A DNA stretch of 64,000 nucleotides, taken from contig CM022670.1 of assembly GCA_012295275.1 (NCBI GenBank), forward strand, positions 9,238,001 through 9,302,000, in the 5' to 3' direction. The stretch comes from Chrysomallon squamiferum (taxonomy: Eukaryota; Animalia; Mollusca). The position numbers and the translations under genes were made by a program. The notes beneath the pieces were generated by a model, which did no database searches, was not told where the DNA came from, and saw nothing but the letters and a program-made list of their open reading frames with translations. Each line of letters begins with the position of its first letter. The stretch's first letter is position 1. Shown here one piece after another: positions 33,735-48,311 of this stretch.

Positions 33735-35920
33735 TCAGACAAATGATTCTTTATCCTCTGCCTGTGAGACACTGTCAGGACATGACACATTGTATGTTGA
33801 GGGTGAAGGTATGTCTGTGTGGTCTGGACTTATCACGTGAACCTCGGCAGTCAGCTTTATCTCTCCTCTCTTCCTCTCTGTCAGCTCTATGTCCCCTTCC
33901 TTCCTCTCCATCTGCTCTGTGTCCCCCTTCTTCCTCTCAGTCAGCTGAATATCGAAATGGTTCATTGTTTCTGACATATTTGTGCCATCATTATTAATCA
34001 TACTCGGGTCAGAAATGTTTTTGTTCTGCTTATCTTCCATGACCACCACTGCAGTCTTTCCATTTTGAACAGCTTTTGCTTTGTCCTCAGTTTGTGTGTC
34101 TCTACTTTCTGCTGGAGCTTGTTTAGGTGAGTTCTCAGTAGCTGATTCAACTTCCATTAGAGGGAAGAGGTCTGGTTTCCTTGACGTGACAGGATGATCC
34201 AGCACATGGATGAAATGTTTCCCAAAACTGCTGGTGAAGTTCCCTATCAAACCGCTGGACTCCATTTTTTGTGTTTCACTAGCAGCCTCTTCTGGCTTTC
34301 CACTGCTGGGGGCATCAAACCACTTGTCTTCAGCATCTGGACCTAATTGGAACCTGACAACTCCTTCACTCGAATCAGTGGCCTCCTCCTCATCTTCCTC
34401 CTTTGCTTCTTCTGTGAAATCTTCTAAAGCTTCCCGCAGCATCTCTGTTTCGAATGTCAGCTGTTCAACAATGGTGTCGTTCTGACTGAAGCGTGTCTTC
34501 CGATCGTCAGCCCAAGCGCTCCTGCGATCACTCTTCATTTTATTAGATCCAGTAACCGGGGGCCTGTCAGACATTTCAGGTTTGTTGAAGCTGTTGTCCG
34601 TCTCATCCTTTGGATCCACATTGCTACCCCGTAATGGACTCTGGGCATTATTCTGGTCCAGCTGCATCACCTGTTCTGCCTGCCTGAGAGACATGATGGT
34701 TGCCTTCATCAGCTGCCAGTCTCCGAACGTCATGCCCATCACTTTTCCAAGTTCCTCGAGGTCACAGCTGGCAAGAACCAAACCAGTGATGTTGTTTTTC
34801 TTAACACTCTGGAAGTATCGTGGCAATGCACTGACAGTGATGCCATCAACTTTACTTAACAGTTTGCAAACTCCTTCAACAGTCAGTGTACTCAAAACTA
34901 TGTCATCACAGTAGTCCTGTAAATACAAGAAGGCTACCACTTTATTTTACTGTCTGTAGTTTTATTCCATTCACATAAGACCAGCTTACGATAAACACTG
35001 GAGCCATGCAATTATCATTATTCTGGTGTACATTTCTTATATATTTTACTAGTAAATACTAAAACAACTGCCTCATTTCAAACACAAAGTCCACTGCCAT
35101 AATCCAAATTTTATTCTTATTAATCAACAACAAGGGATGTATGACCAGTTCACATATTTCAGACGTTCATTTAGTCTAATCAGTTAATAATTTTATAATT
35201 ATGTGTTCTGTATATCACTGGTAAAAAACTGTTCTGATGTATGATGGGTTCTAGGATCAAATCCCCTTAGGTCTATATTATCTAATTCTATGATTTCCTG
35301 TCTATATAAAGAGATAGAGAAAAGATCCCTTGCTTTTGAACAATAAGAACATATCATGTAGCCATGACAGCAAGCTTCACACCTCAAAATCATGATTATT
35401 CAACAACAACAACAAAAAATAATAATAATAATAATTATTGATTCAACCATATTTTTTTTTTTTTCCATCACTGCAAACGATACCTATAATAAAAACAAAA
35501 TCTTCCATTAAAAGCAAAGCTTTATACCGCTCCAGTGAAAACAATAAATGCACAGAAGCATACTCACTGTGAGGAAATACGAAGGCTCGTTCTGTCTGTA
35601 CATCTGATTACTCAGTGGATTAGAGAAATGCATGAATGGCATGGGCATCATTCCTGTCTGTGTGAAAGGCATCATTTGATTTGCGTAAGAGGAATACATC
35701 GGGAAGCGCGGAGCCACGGCCGCCTGAGGTTGGAATTTACTGCCTGTTAGCATGTCAAACGGACTTCCAGCGATGCTGACCAGCGACTGCTTTCTGGTCA
35801 GTGTGGGAAAAAGACCAGTCTGAAGTTCCAGTCTCTGTGCCTCAGCCGACTGCTCCATTTCTGTCAGTGACATTATCAGCATTTTAAAAACAGGTACGCA
35901 GAGAGATGATGAGGATGATG

Positions 35921-35968
<48 letters not shown>

Positions 35969-37804
35969 TTAATAATAATAAAAATAATTATAATAATAAT
36001 AATTATAATAATAATAATAATAAATAAATAAATAAATAAAATATTTTTAAAAATAATACATGAATTTACCATAATAAAAATAATAATTAACAGTAATACA
36101 GAGTACAAATAAATGAACACACACACACATTCACACACATTCACAAATATATATATTTATATATAATTAAAGAATACAAATCTTCTTATGTGCTTACTAT
36201 GAATACAAATCTAAATAAGTAAAAGATAGGTAACAAAGAAGTCTTTACAAATACAAATACTTATACTACATATTCTTTATTCATTTCACCATAAACAATA
36301 AAAATAAAATGAATACAAACACTAACAGTGAAATAAAAAGAAATATAGTGAAAATGTTTATACTTATTTTTATATGAAAATTCACAACAAGTTTTCCAGG
36401 ACAATTTAAATTATGAAAAAGACAGAATGAAAGTAAAATCAGCACAAACCTCGGATGAGCTTTCTCAGAAATGGATCCAAGTTGATGGTAACAGAAAGGA
36501 ATTTTTTCAAATCACCAACATTGAGAAGAGGTGTGTTTCCTGACTTGCTTCTAAGAAAAGCATCCAGTTTGCGAATGTCTCGGTCAATCTCAACAAGTGG
36601 GTCAATTTCTTTGGTTACTGGAATTCTTGGTTGAACTCTTATAAAAAAGAAAAAAGAAAGTAAATAAAAACATTTAATTATAACCTTTAAGAAAAAAAAA
36701 TTCTTTTTTTTTTTGGTCATTTATGTTTTAAAAATATTTTTATATTTATGCAACATTTTTTGGTGTTTTTTTTTTATTCTAATTTATTATTATATTTTCA
36801 TATTTCATACTTGCGTATTACTTTCTTTTTTTTTTTTCTTTTTTTTAGTATATTATTATTGTGGTTTATTATATGTATAAATTTTTGGTTTTGTTATGTG
36901 TTTTTTGGGGAATGTTCTTTTCTTTTTCTTTTTTTTAATAATGAAGAAACATTTTAGCCAAAAAAATCAATTCTGAGATTAAATAGCAATACAGACTATT
37001 TTAACTTCCTGCTACATAAAAGGTTAAATAATAAGTTATAATAGTAACAATGGCTGGGAAAAAAAAAAGAGAGGACAAAGAAAAGTAATTATCTTTTAGA
37101 AGTCTCAAGATTAATAATCCTAGACTGGTTTGTCCATAGAGCTATTTCCCATTCCACCCCAAGTCCCAATTATCAAAGACTATAGTGTATGATTTAAACT
37201 TATGGGAAGCTGCATATATTCATGATCCCTGATGCTAACAAAAGTAGCCATAGAACAGTAGCAACTAGTTTAACTTACATCATTATTATTAAAAATATAT
37301 ATATTTAAAATGGACAATATATTATAACAATGCCATTTACCTATTCATAAAATAACTAGCAACTAAACTGATAGGACTGTTATTAAAAAAAATATTTTAA
37401 AAAAGTAAAATTTCGTATAACTGAAGGCACTGCCTATATAGATAATATATCCAAGGACTGTTTTCAAAAGCTCAGCTTACTTCTGGTACAAAGAAAAGAG
37501 AGTTGTCGACTGATCGACGTGGTCTGACTCTTCATAGTAATAGATGATCCACGAGACTCTGTAAGGCCACTGCTCTATGATGTTGATCCACGCCATCAGT
37601 CTGTGCCAGTTGAAGTCAATGTTGTACGCCCGCAGCAACCTCGCTGTAAAAACAAATATTAGAAAAATGAGAAAAAAGTCAGTTATGTGTAAGATTTGGA
37701 TAGCCAATTCACTGAACGAAAATACTGTCTACATAAACATTACAAAATATTAAAATAAGTAGTTAGCTGTAAGGGTCATATATAAATATATATATATATA
37801 TATA

Positions 37805-37847
<43 letters not shown>

Positions 37848-40043
37848 GTAATATTCACTCACTAAGCTGATGGCAGGCAAAATTAAATGTAATTGCCATA
37901 ATTAGATCAATATGGATCAGAGATATATCTGTCCTATATTGTTCAAAACAAGATTATTTTGTTCTTTACACCCTCTCTTTATATCATCACTACACAATAC
38001 TTGCCTGTCACAGCTACGATGTTCATGAGTCGCTTCATGCTGCGCGGGTTGATGTCGCTGAAGTAGTCGTGCCTGATGATGGTGTTGGAGAGATCCATTG
38101 AGGACACACTCATAAACTGCTGACCACCAGATGTATTCTGTCTTTTTCTGGACAGTCTCTTTATTAATTTCTCACTGTTGGAATCTTGATGATGGAAATT
38201 TATCTGTACCAAAATGAAATGAGTTAATCTTTTATACATCATAATGTCAGTTTTCAGTAAACAGTTTATATTATTTAATTAATGTGCTCATGTGTGTGTG
38301 TTTTATGTATATATTTATCAGAGAGAAAGTGTTTAATAAAGTGTTTTAAAACAAAAATATAAAGGAAATAAATGACAGAAACATAAAAAAGTAAAAATGG
38401 CTTTTATTATAAATAATTACAGAATAAACAATTTTACTAACTAAAAATGATAATTTACATATATGGGTATTTTATGAAAAAAAAAAAAATTAGATAGATT
38501 TACAAATATACTAAGGAAATCTTAACTTAACAAATTAATGAACTGGCTATCAAATTAGATTATTTGTCAATTCAAATATCTAATTTTTTAACAAATGTCA
38601 TAAATATATATGCAAATTTAAACAAAATAAAATCTATATATAGAGAAAGTTCATTTTTAATTGCAAATTTTGTTTATGAAATAAGCAAAGGCAAATCTTC
38701 TACTGCTTTCAACTTTCTTTTAATATACTTTTTATATTATTGCTGAACTTCCCAAATTCCAAAAGTTGTTTTTAAAAACAAAAAATACAAACTGCACTAA
38801 AATATCCAGCGTGTACGAAAAACAGGCATTAATAGATTTATAATTTAAAATACAACATCCTCAGTTAAACTCTAGTCGTTTCTTTTCTAGGGTAGATAAC
38901 TCTTCATGTCTTAGAGCCACAGTTAAATTTTTTTTTAAACCTAACATCATCCTGTTACTAGCAAAGAACAATTACTGGGAAAAAAATTACACTACAGAAA
39001 AACAAAAAAAAATCAAAATACAATAACCTGGAAGTAATGAAATCAACTTTAATAATCAAAATTATGTATCATAAAAGAAATCAGCATAAATCACATTCTG
39101 GTTTACCTTGGTCTTAAAACAAATACAATAACCAGGAAGTAATGAAATCCACTTTAATAATCAAAATTATGCATCATAAAAGAAATCAGCATAAATCACA
39201 TTCTGGTTTACCTTGGTTTTAAAACAAATACAATAACCTGGAAGTAACGAGATCTACTTTAATAACCAAAATTATGTATCATAAAAGAAATCAGCATAAA
39301 TCAGATTCTGGTTTACCTTGGTTTTTCCCGAGGGGGTTTCGACAGCAGTGTCATGTGCAGAAACACTTTCCAGTCTCTGCAGACGTGTGCCCTGTGCCTG
39401 CAGGTAAAACGGAAGCTGTACGACGTTGCGGAGGTAGTCGTATCCATTGATGTTCGAGTCGTGGAAGGAGCTCTTCAGATTCTGCTCGATGCCTTTGATG
39501 ATGATGTGAGGATCTACGGCGAGGATGGTGATGAACGGAGAGTTGTCCTCAGCAAACAAGGCATTGACTGTATCAAGAACCTGAGAACAGAAACAAAAAT
39601 AAACTCTGCTGTATGTGTAAGGAAAAACTATACTGTGATTCTCTCTGACTAATCTTTCCATTAAGAATAATAATAATGTGAAAGAAATGAAACAATGGTG
39701 GCAATCAGTTATGGATGATCCACATCACAAAAAGCATTCATTAGTAATGTGTGTATGAAATGATGTTTTGACTGTTGCTTGTATAAAAGTGATTGGATGA
39801 TCATATATTCATATACATTACATGCATGCACACACACACACACACACATGCACACAAACTCACAGTTATATTAGAGTGAATTCATCTTACCCAGCTAAAT
39901 AATGAACACTCTATTGATGTATTGTATTATATGTGCTTTATTAAAAAATAATGTTTACAGATGTAGACATAAATGTTATGCCAGACAACTGTGTATGTGT
40001 GTGTGTGGCTGTGTGTGAGTGTGAGTGCATGTGTGTGAGTGTG

Positions 40044-40118
<75 letters not shown>

Positions 40119-40136
40119 AAGATTGTGCATGCATGT

Positions 40137-40200
<64 letters not shown>

Positions 40201-43200
40201 ACCTGAAGGACTTTCTCTTGTTCACAGCTGTCTAGTCCGTCTATGATGATAACAAGTCGTGTCTGCTGGCTGGTGAAGAAATCCATGCAGTTGACCATCT
40301 CACTCATCAAGTCCACTTCTTCCTTCAACTTCTCCATAAAGCCTTCCATTTTAATGACAGCTATCTGATCCGCGGACTTGAGCACCCTCGCTTTCTGAGA
40401 TATGATCAGGGCTTCTAGAACCTGCACCAGCAAGAACATGTTGCTGATGAGTGTTAGGCCTATCACAGCAGCAAATGAAATTAGTACGGCATTTACGATG
40501 GTGTTTCCTGAAATGCCATACACACGAACCATGGCAATGCCAACAGCCAGGATGAGCAGGAACAAAATAACAAACACAAAATATGGAATGCAGCACAAAG
40601 TCTTGAATTTGTTTTTCTTGTATTCTAAAAAGTGAAACAAAACTAAATGATATATGCAAAATTAAAAATAAAAGAACAAATTTCTTCTTCTATCTCTGTT
40701 ATATTAATTAGATTAATTAAAACTCATTAAAGGAAAGAAAAATTAGAAACTGAGCCCAGACTGATGATTTTATAAAATACAAATGCTCAAGAAAATGCTG
40801 TTTAGAACAGCTTCATTCAAGGTTTGTCTTGTAACATAATGAAATGTTCTTTTATCTTCATACCATCACATTTATATAATAAAGTCTATAAATTATCCAT
40901 GAAATATTAAAACAATGAGATTTAATGGATGAAAATAGCTGTGCTTACTCTGAAATGGTGGTTTGAACACTCTGAAGAGTCTGGTGACCAGCATGCCATA
41001 TTCATTTTCCACAGCAGTGCACAGTGTGCCGATGGTTGCTGCCAGGTACTTTTCTCCTCCCACACTCGTCAGCCGAGTACATTCAGAAAACAAAAATCTG
41101 AAAAATACACATTAAACAAATATTCATTTTTATTATAAAATCTGATAAGCCATTAAGAAAACCTATAAATTATATATGATAAGCCATGAAGTAACAGTTT
41201 TTTAGAAAAACATCTCTTAAAACTTGTTGCATCTACCTGGCTATTTCTAAATTATCTCAGAGTCCCCAAAACCATTTTACCAATGACTATCATATTCACT
41301 ATTCCTATTTATGTAATGGTACTGATGAATGATTTCTTGATGTAATTACAAGCAATATTTCACAGTTATATGCCATTGTGTGTCCTTATATTAAATGTTC
41401 AACATGGAGTAATAACATAATAACAATGATTCATAAACGGTTATCTCAAAAAACAAACAAATTAAAAATGCAAATAGTAATAAATGTATAAGACAATAAA
41501 ACACCAGATTGGTGAAATTTATGAAGCTCTAAACCTTTTTAAGAAGCTTTTTATAATGTTACGTCACCTAACACAAAAAACTGATCCAGTTTCTGCCATT
41601 TTCTTGAAGTCTGGCTTGGGCTGCTGGTTACAGAACAGAGTCTGCAGAAGCAGAGTCCAGGAATGAATCTCCCCACCTATCAGCTGACTCAGACGTACTA
41701 TCAACTCAATGTCGTATCTTTTGGCACAAAACAATATGATTCCTAGAAAATGAAAAACAATGTATGTAATAATAAGGAATAAGATATCTTCATGAAGCCA
41801 TATTAGTAACAGCATCATTGTTGGGGTTAATCCATTTTCAGAAGATTTATTATTTTGTCGCTGGTCTTTTCCTTATAACTCTTCATTATTTATTTTATTA
41901 TTTTAACTTTTCAAAAAATTACTTTACTGGGTATATTATTTGGAATTGGAGAAGATTTTCAAGATGAACAAAACTAAAATGTAAATTACACAAATAATAT
42001 TTCATCATTAAACAAATATTAGGGTTTAAATTAGCATTACAAAACTGTATGCACAGTATGATGAATGGAAGGCTGAATTTTAGGAATGGAAGGCAGCTTA
42101 ACGTATGTTTTATTGACTTTAAATAATGTTTGCCATACCTAGAAATGCATATTCCAAAATGAAGAGTCCAAACCCAACTCCAAGTCCAACTTCAAAACGT
42201 ACAGTGAGTCCAAGAATTTCCCCAGTGATGACATTGATTATAAGCAGAAATATAAAACTAACCCAGGTAAATGTGAAATGTTCATGAACATTCTGCATTG
42301 TAAACAATTTCATCTCATCTGAAACAGTAACAAAGATAGACTCTCAGAAAATCTATAGTAATATTCAATTATTAATTTACATTTCTACCTAGTTGATCCA
42401 AGATAACACATAGATTCAAAATAATCATTCGTTAAAATACACTATCTTATGTAATATAAATAGATCCTTAGATACAAAATAATCATTCATTAAAATGCAC
42501 AATCTTATGTAACACAAACAGATCCTTAGATACAAAATAATCATTCATTAAAATATACAATCTTATGTAACATAAACAGATCCTTAGGTACAAAATAATC
42601 ATTCATTAAAATACACAGTGTTATGTAACACAAATAGATCCTTAGATACAAAATAATCATTCATTAAAATATACAATCTTATATAACATGAATAGAATCC
42701 TTTTTTCTATTATATCAAACTGACAAACAAACCATGGCTACATACAGGTGTATGAACACGCCTACATGTAAGTATCATGTGGCTCTGAAGAATAAATCTA
42801 AATAAACCAAACAAATCTATACTAGAACATTCAGGCCCAGTGGAAAAATTACAACTCCAACCTGTAAGTCTTCCCAGCAGAAATGATTTTCCACTGCCCC
42901 ACTTGGCATACAGTCCCACTGTGATGGGTGTGATGAGGGATGGATCGCTGAGAATATCTGCCAAAGCCCCACTGTAGATATCATAACCCAGCAAGTTCTC
43001 AGCATCACTTGAGTTCAGATTTCCTGCAATCACATTTTAGTTTATATTAAATTTAGTTCTGTTAAACAAAAATAATAATTTTTATCATTTCAAATTTCGT
43101 TTAATATTAAATTATTACTTAAATATTGAAAAAAAAACCAAAAAACAAAAACCTAGCCTATTTTGATCTGATTTACAAATTTGGATTAATAATAATATAT

Positions 43201-46200
43201 AATTTTTTTATTTTATTATTTTTGTTTAATCTTATTTGTACTACTCATATCTTATTTTAATTGATTTATTTATTTTATTTAATTTTTATATTTTTTATCA
43301 ATATCTTTAACCTACAATACTCACTTACACAATTGATATTTTTTAGATAACCTTTAACCTTTAATAACTACACCATTGCTTTTCTTTTACTTTTACTGTT
43401 GAAAACCTCACTTATCAGTAGTATAATACTATTGTAAAACGTTACAGAAATAATTATCACTGTTTTGTCTGACTGACAATTAGAACAAAAGTACTGAAAT
43501 AAAAATTAAAAAGAAAGCATACTGTTTCCAAATATCTGTGTGAGAACTCCTCGCTGATGGTAGGTGTCCATTGTGTAGGGTGTCTCGCCATTCTTGTTGG
43601 CGCGATACAACAGCCGTCCATTCTTTGGGTTGCGTAGAAGCAGCTCAGTTATTTTTTTGTTACGTGCTCGAATAGCAATGTGCAGTGCAGTATCACCTTT
43701 CTACAAAAAAAATTTAATCAGTTTTATAAAAAAAATGAAATCTGTCAATAATAATTTTTATTATATAATAAAAAAAATTAAAATTTTAATTAAAACAAAA
43801 AAAACAATTATTAATTAACAAAACTGTGATCACACTTTTTATCCATGTATAATGTTTTCAAAATGAATCATTATTTTTTAATAAATTTAATGAATATTTA
43901 ATGAAAATATTTTATAATTAATAAGCATCTGGTTTGATTAGATGTTTTGTTTTTAGAAGTAATCAGGGACAAGTTATTCAAATGAAATGCAATATGATAG
44001 CTGTTGATATATTACATGAGCTACTGGTTGGAAGATAAATAGTGACAATGAAAAGGACTAAGTCATATACAACAAATGAAATCAGAAGTGATGATGATGA
44101 TGATTATATTCATAATGTTCACAACAATAATTATAAAGATGATAATAATAATCCCAGTAATAATGATGATAACAGAAATTACAGTAATACTTATAACAAT
44201 AAAAACAGAAACAACATGAATAATAATAATAATAATAATAATAACAATAATAACATTTACAACAACAACAATAATAATAAAGATAATATTAATACAAAAA
44301 CAATTTTTATAATAATAATAATAATAATAAATAATAATAATAATTGTAATAATAACAATAATAATAAAGATAATATTAATAATAAAAGTAATTTTTATTG
44401 TAATAATAATAATAATAATAATCTCACTTTATCACAGGCAGACACTCTAGCTCCTTTATCCAGTAAAAGTCTGACACATTCTTCATTTCTGCTCCTCACA
44501 GCTCTTAACAGTGGAGTAACACCATCCTATGAACAGAAATATAACAAAAACAAACTGCATTATAAAAAAAATATTATTTTGTTTATCAACCTGTAAATTT
44601 CTGTCCAAAGGGCAAGAAAAACTGTTACAAAACAACAACCACCAGAAATTCATTTCATTTTCTGTTCTTCTTAATCCCAAGAAAAACGTAATATATGTGT
44701 TTCTATCTAAATATTTTTTATATTAGGTAGTACATTTATTTAGAGAATAATTAATTTATTCAATAAAATGACAAAACAATCAATTTGGCTGGATTTTACA
44801 AAAAAATATCTACACAAAAACATTAATAAAATGAAAAGAAAAAAATATATATATATTAATCAACCCCTTAGACTCACCTAAAATTAAAAGAAGGTGAGCA
44901 GTCAATCACTCGCCTGATAGCAATATTACCCTCGGCATATGTCTGCCATCATTTCCCTGCTCAACAACTGGATTCATATACAACAATGTAAATGCATTTT
45001 AGACATTCAATTTTTATATCAGAAATAACTTGGTCACAATCACAAAAAGTTATTTCGGGTAATAAAATAAATCTCGTGATGGGGCACATCCCAACCATTA
45101 AGGAGATCTAACCAGACATGATGACTGTGATTTGAGATAAAGTTTGCTGTATCAGATTTTCTGTCATCTCTTGATATACTGGTGGGTTTTTCAAGATAAT
45201 GATATTCATTTTAGTTGGAAATTTATCCTCTTTTTTTTCTGTATCATTGGACCTACCCTTGCAGGGTGAGTGGGATATCTTCAGTCCATGTTACTGAAAA
45301 ACCAGACGTGCATTTTGACAGAAAATAAATAAATTTGGGTTCAAATTAATGCTCAACAGACTGTCATGTTCTAATGTGCTAACAGTATGTGATGGCATCA
45401 GATGAATGGACACAGATCTACAAACCTTTGAACTTATTTCGAGATCAGGATCGCTGTCCAGAAGTAACTTTGTAATTTCTGTATGACCTTTCTCCACCGA
45501 CCAGTACAAAGCTGTTTTACCTTCCTGAAAGATCAAATGAAATTGTGTATGCGACACGCTGTCCGAGCACAATAATATTCTGTCACTGTTCAAAAGAACA
45601 ATTTCATCAATGCATTTCGTATAAATGTTCATCTGACACTGTCAGGATGAAATAAAAAAAAAAAATATTAGCATTATTCTACAAGAGACAATCACAGTTT
45701 TACACAAAGCATGCTTCATACACGTGAGAAATATTTCAAGATGAAAAACGTCTATGTTTTACCTTTGTGTCTGCCATTACAAAACAAATGTCGCTGTGGC
45801 AACCAGGTCGGCTGTAATCCAAGCCGATAACTCGAAATATATGAATACGACTGAAACACAGACACAAATAACCATGCTCCAATTTACAAATAACGAAATA
45901 CAGCAATTATCAATAAATTTAGATTAGTTATTTTGTTCAGAGCAGCCTGATTCACAGGTTTTGTTAACATCACTAAGTTTCTGATGTCATTCTGTAATTA
46001 AAAAAAGCACTTGCCGACATAATGCTGTGAATTATGTCTGTTAAGTGCAAGTACTTTCATTATTTATGGTAAAACAGAATCCACTAGGATTTGCAATGAT
46101 TTATGATCATTTATGTTGCCTTTTTTTTTTCCCCCCCCACTTTTTCTAACTGTACCACAGAGAAATTAACAATAAAATGCAGCAACATTAGAAATGGGAT

Positions 46201-48252
46201 AAATACACAACGTTCATTTTTAACATTTGATTTTTTTTTTTAAATAAAAAAATCAAATAATTGAAAATGAAGTAAGCACCTCCATCTCTTTAGATTTTCC
46301 CCACGCATTCAAAAACATGATAAATGACACATACCTGACCCTCAAAATCAACATCTACATATTTCTTGAGAAGAATTTTTACAACTTCTGTGTGACCCCC
46401 TTTCACAGCATGGATCAATATAGTATCTCCTGACTTAGAAACAAAAACAAATAAAAGCATTTAAGAAAGAAGCAATTCATTTCCTTACACAATTATTAAT
46501 GTTACTCCAGATTATTAATTGAAAACTAATATTTAGCTTTAAATTTATTTTTATCCTTGTAAACATCTGTTTTTGTTAATTCACTTTACTATTGTAATTA
46601 GGACATTGCAGTCGGGCTTGAACATAATATCATCATAAAAGATTAACATACAGGTACTCTTTTAACTGAATTCTAGAACAGATATATCAAATTGTTATTT
46701 CTGCATAAAAATGGAGTTGTATGTAACGTTATTATTTATATAAATGGTGACAAACATCACTAGACTTTTCTAAAAATTAATTAAAGTGTTCTTTGTACAT
46801 AATTAATGCAACATCAACCACACAAATTTTTACCAATATCAGATAAATTAAAACAATCTTACTCTGTCTGTCATATTCACGTAAGCTCCTTTGGTAACAA
46901 GAGCATGAACAATTTCCAAATACCCTTCTTTAGCTGCTACAGCCAGTGGAGTGTAACCCTCCTAAAAATAAAAACTTTTAAATGAATCTTTACCATTCTT
47001 TCACAGTTTTCAACCATCAACTTCAATTAATAAAGCTGAACAAAACGTTAAAACAATATTTTAAAAAAAAAAAAAATTAAATGCATCTTTATTATTTTTG
47101 TTTGTTTGCAATTTTCAATTTCAATTAATATTGCTGAACAAAACCTTCTAAAAAAATAAAGCACCTTGTCTGTGGCATTAATGTTGGGGTCATATTCCAA
47201 CAGAGCATTGACTACTTCGAAATAACCACCACTTGTTGCGACTAACAGTGCAGTCCACGAATTCTGAAAGTGATAGAAATCAAAGAGTTAATTGTACATT
47301 AAGAAATATATGAAACAAAATAAAATAAATAAAGGTGAAATTTTCCTGATCAAAAACTGGTAATATTTCTTTCTTTTTTTTTTTTGTTTTGTTTTACTGG
47401 AGTTTTTTTAATATTTCATCTCTTCTTTATGTTAGAACAAACTACAGAATAAGAACTATAAATTACCATTCCAGATGCATCAACATTTGCCCCCTCAGAA
47501 AGAAGCAATTCCACAATTTCCAGATGACCTTTACGAGCTGCCCATATTAGAGGAATGGTTCCATACTGAGAAAAATGAAAGAAAGTTCTGGTAAACATTT
47601 TAAAATTTAAAAAAAAAAAAAACCATTTATTATATTTTTGAAAATGTAAAGAAAAAAAAAAAAGGTAAAAAAATATAATAATTTTGGTACTTTTGCTATT
47701 ATAATAAAAACTAAACCAAATGAAATAATAAACATTTTTGGCTAAAATATAGAGACTGTGTTTAAAAAAAAAAAAAAAAAAGATAAAGAAAACCAACTGA
47801 CAAAAGGTCCACTGTTAACTGTTATTTTTATTTACTGATAAGAAAACATATCAAATAAGAAAGTTTTTAAAAACATTTCAGTAGATAATTCAGTTAGTTG
47901 TTTACCTTGTCACTGGAATTAATTTTGGCGCCTTTCTTAATCAGCATTTTCACAATATCTAGATGACCTCTGCCTGCTGCCCATGCCAAACATGTCATAT
48001 TATGCTGCAGAAAAATGAATGCACCTTTGAAATTACAAAGAATTATGACACAGCAAGTATTTTGCATTAATGCAAAAAATGACTTATAATATATCATTCT
48101 TTTTTTTCTTGAAGACACAAATACAATATAAAAATAATCTGTGTTAATTTAAAAGAAATATGAAGTCATATTATGCTGCAGAAACATTAAAAATGTATGC
48201 ATCTTAGATGATAACATAAGAACACATTTCTAAGATCTGCAGGGGAGAAATC

Positions 48253-48311
<59 letters not shown>

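Noticed and set aside
33725-34914. Plus-strand ORFs overlapping the last KIDINS220 exon
   Set aside because: Antisense shadows of a real coding exon, with no recognisable motifs or splice support.
44042-44427. Asn-rich 184-aa ORF
   Set aside because: An (AAT/AAC)n intronic low-complexity tract read antisense to KIDINS220.
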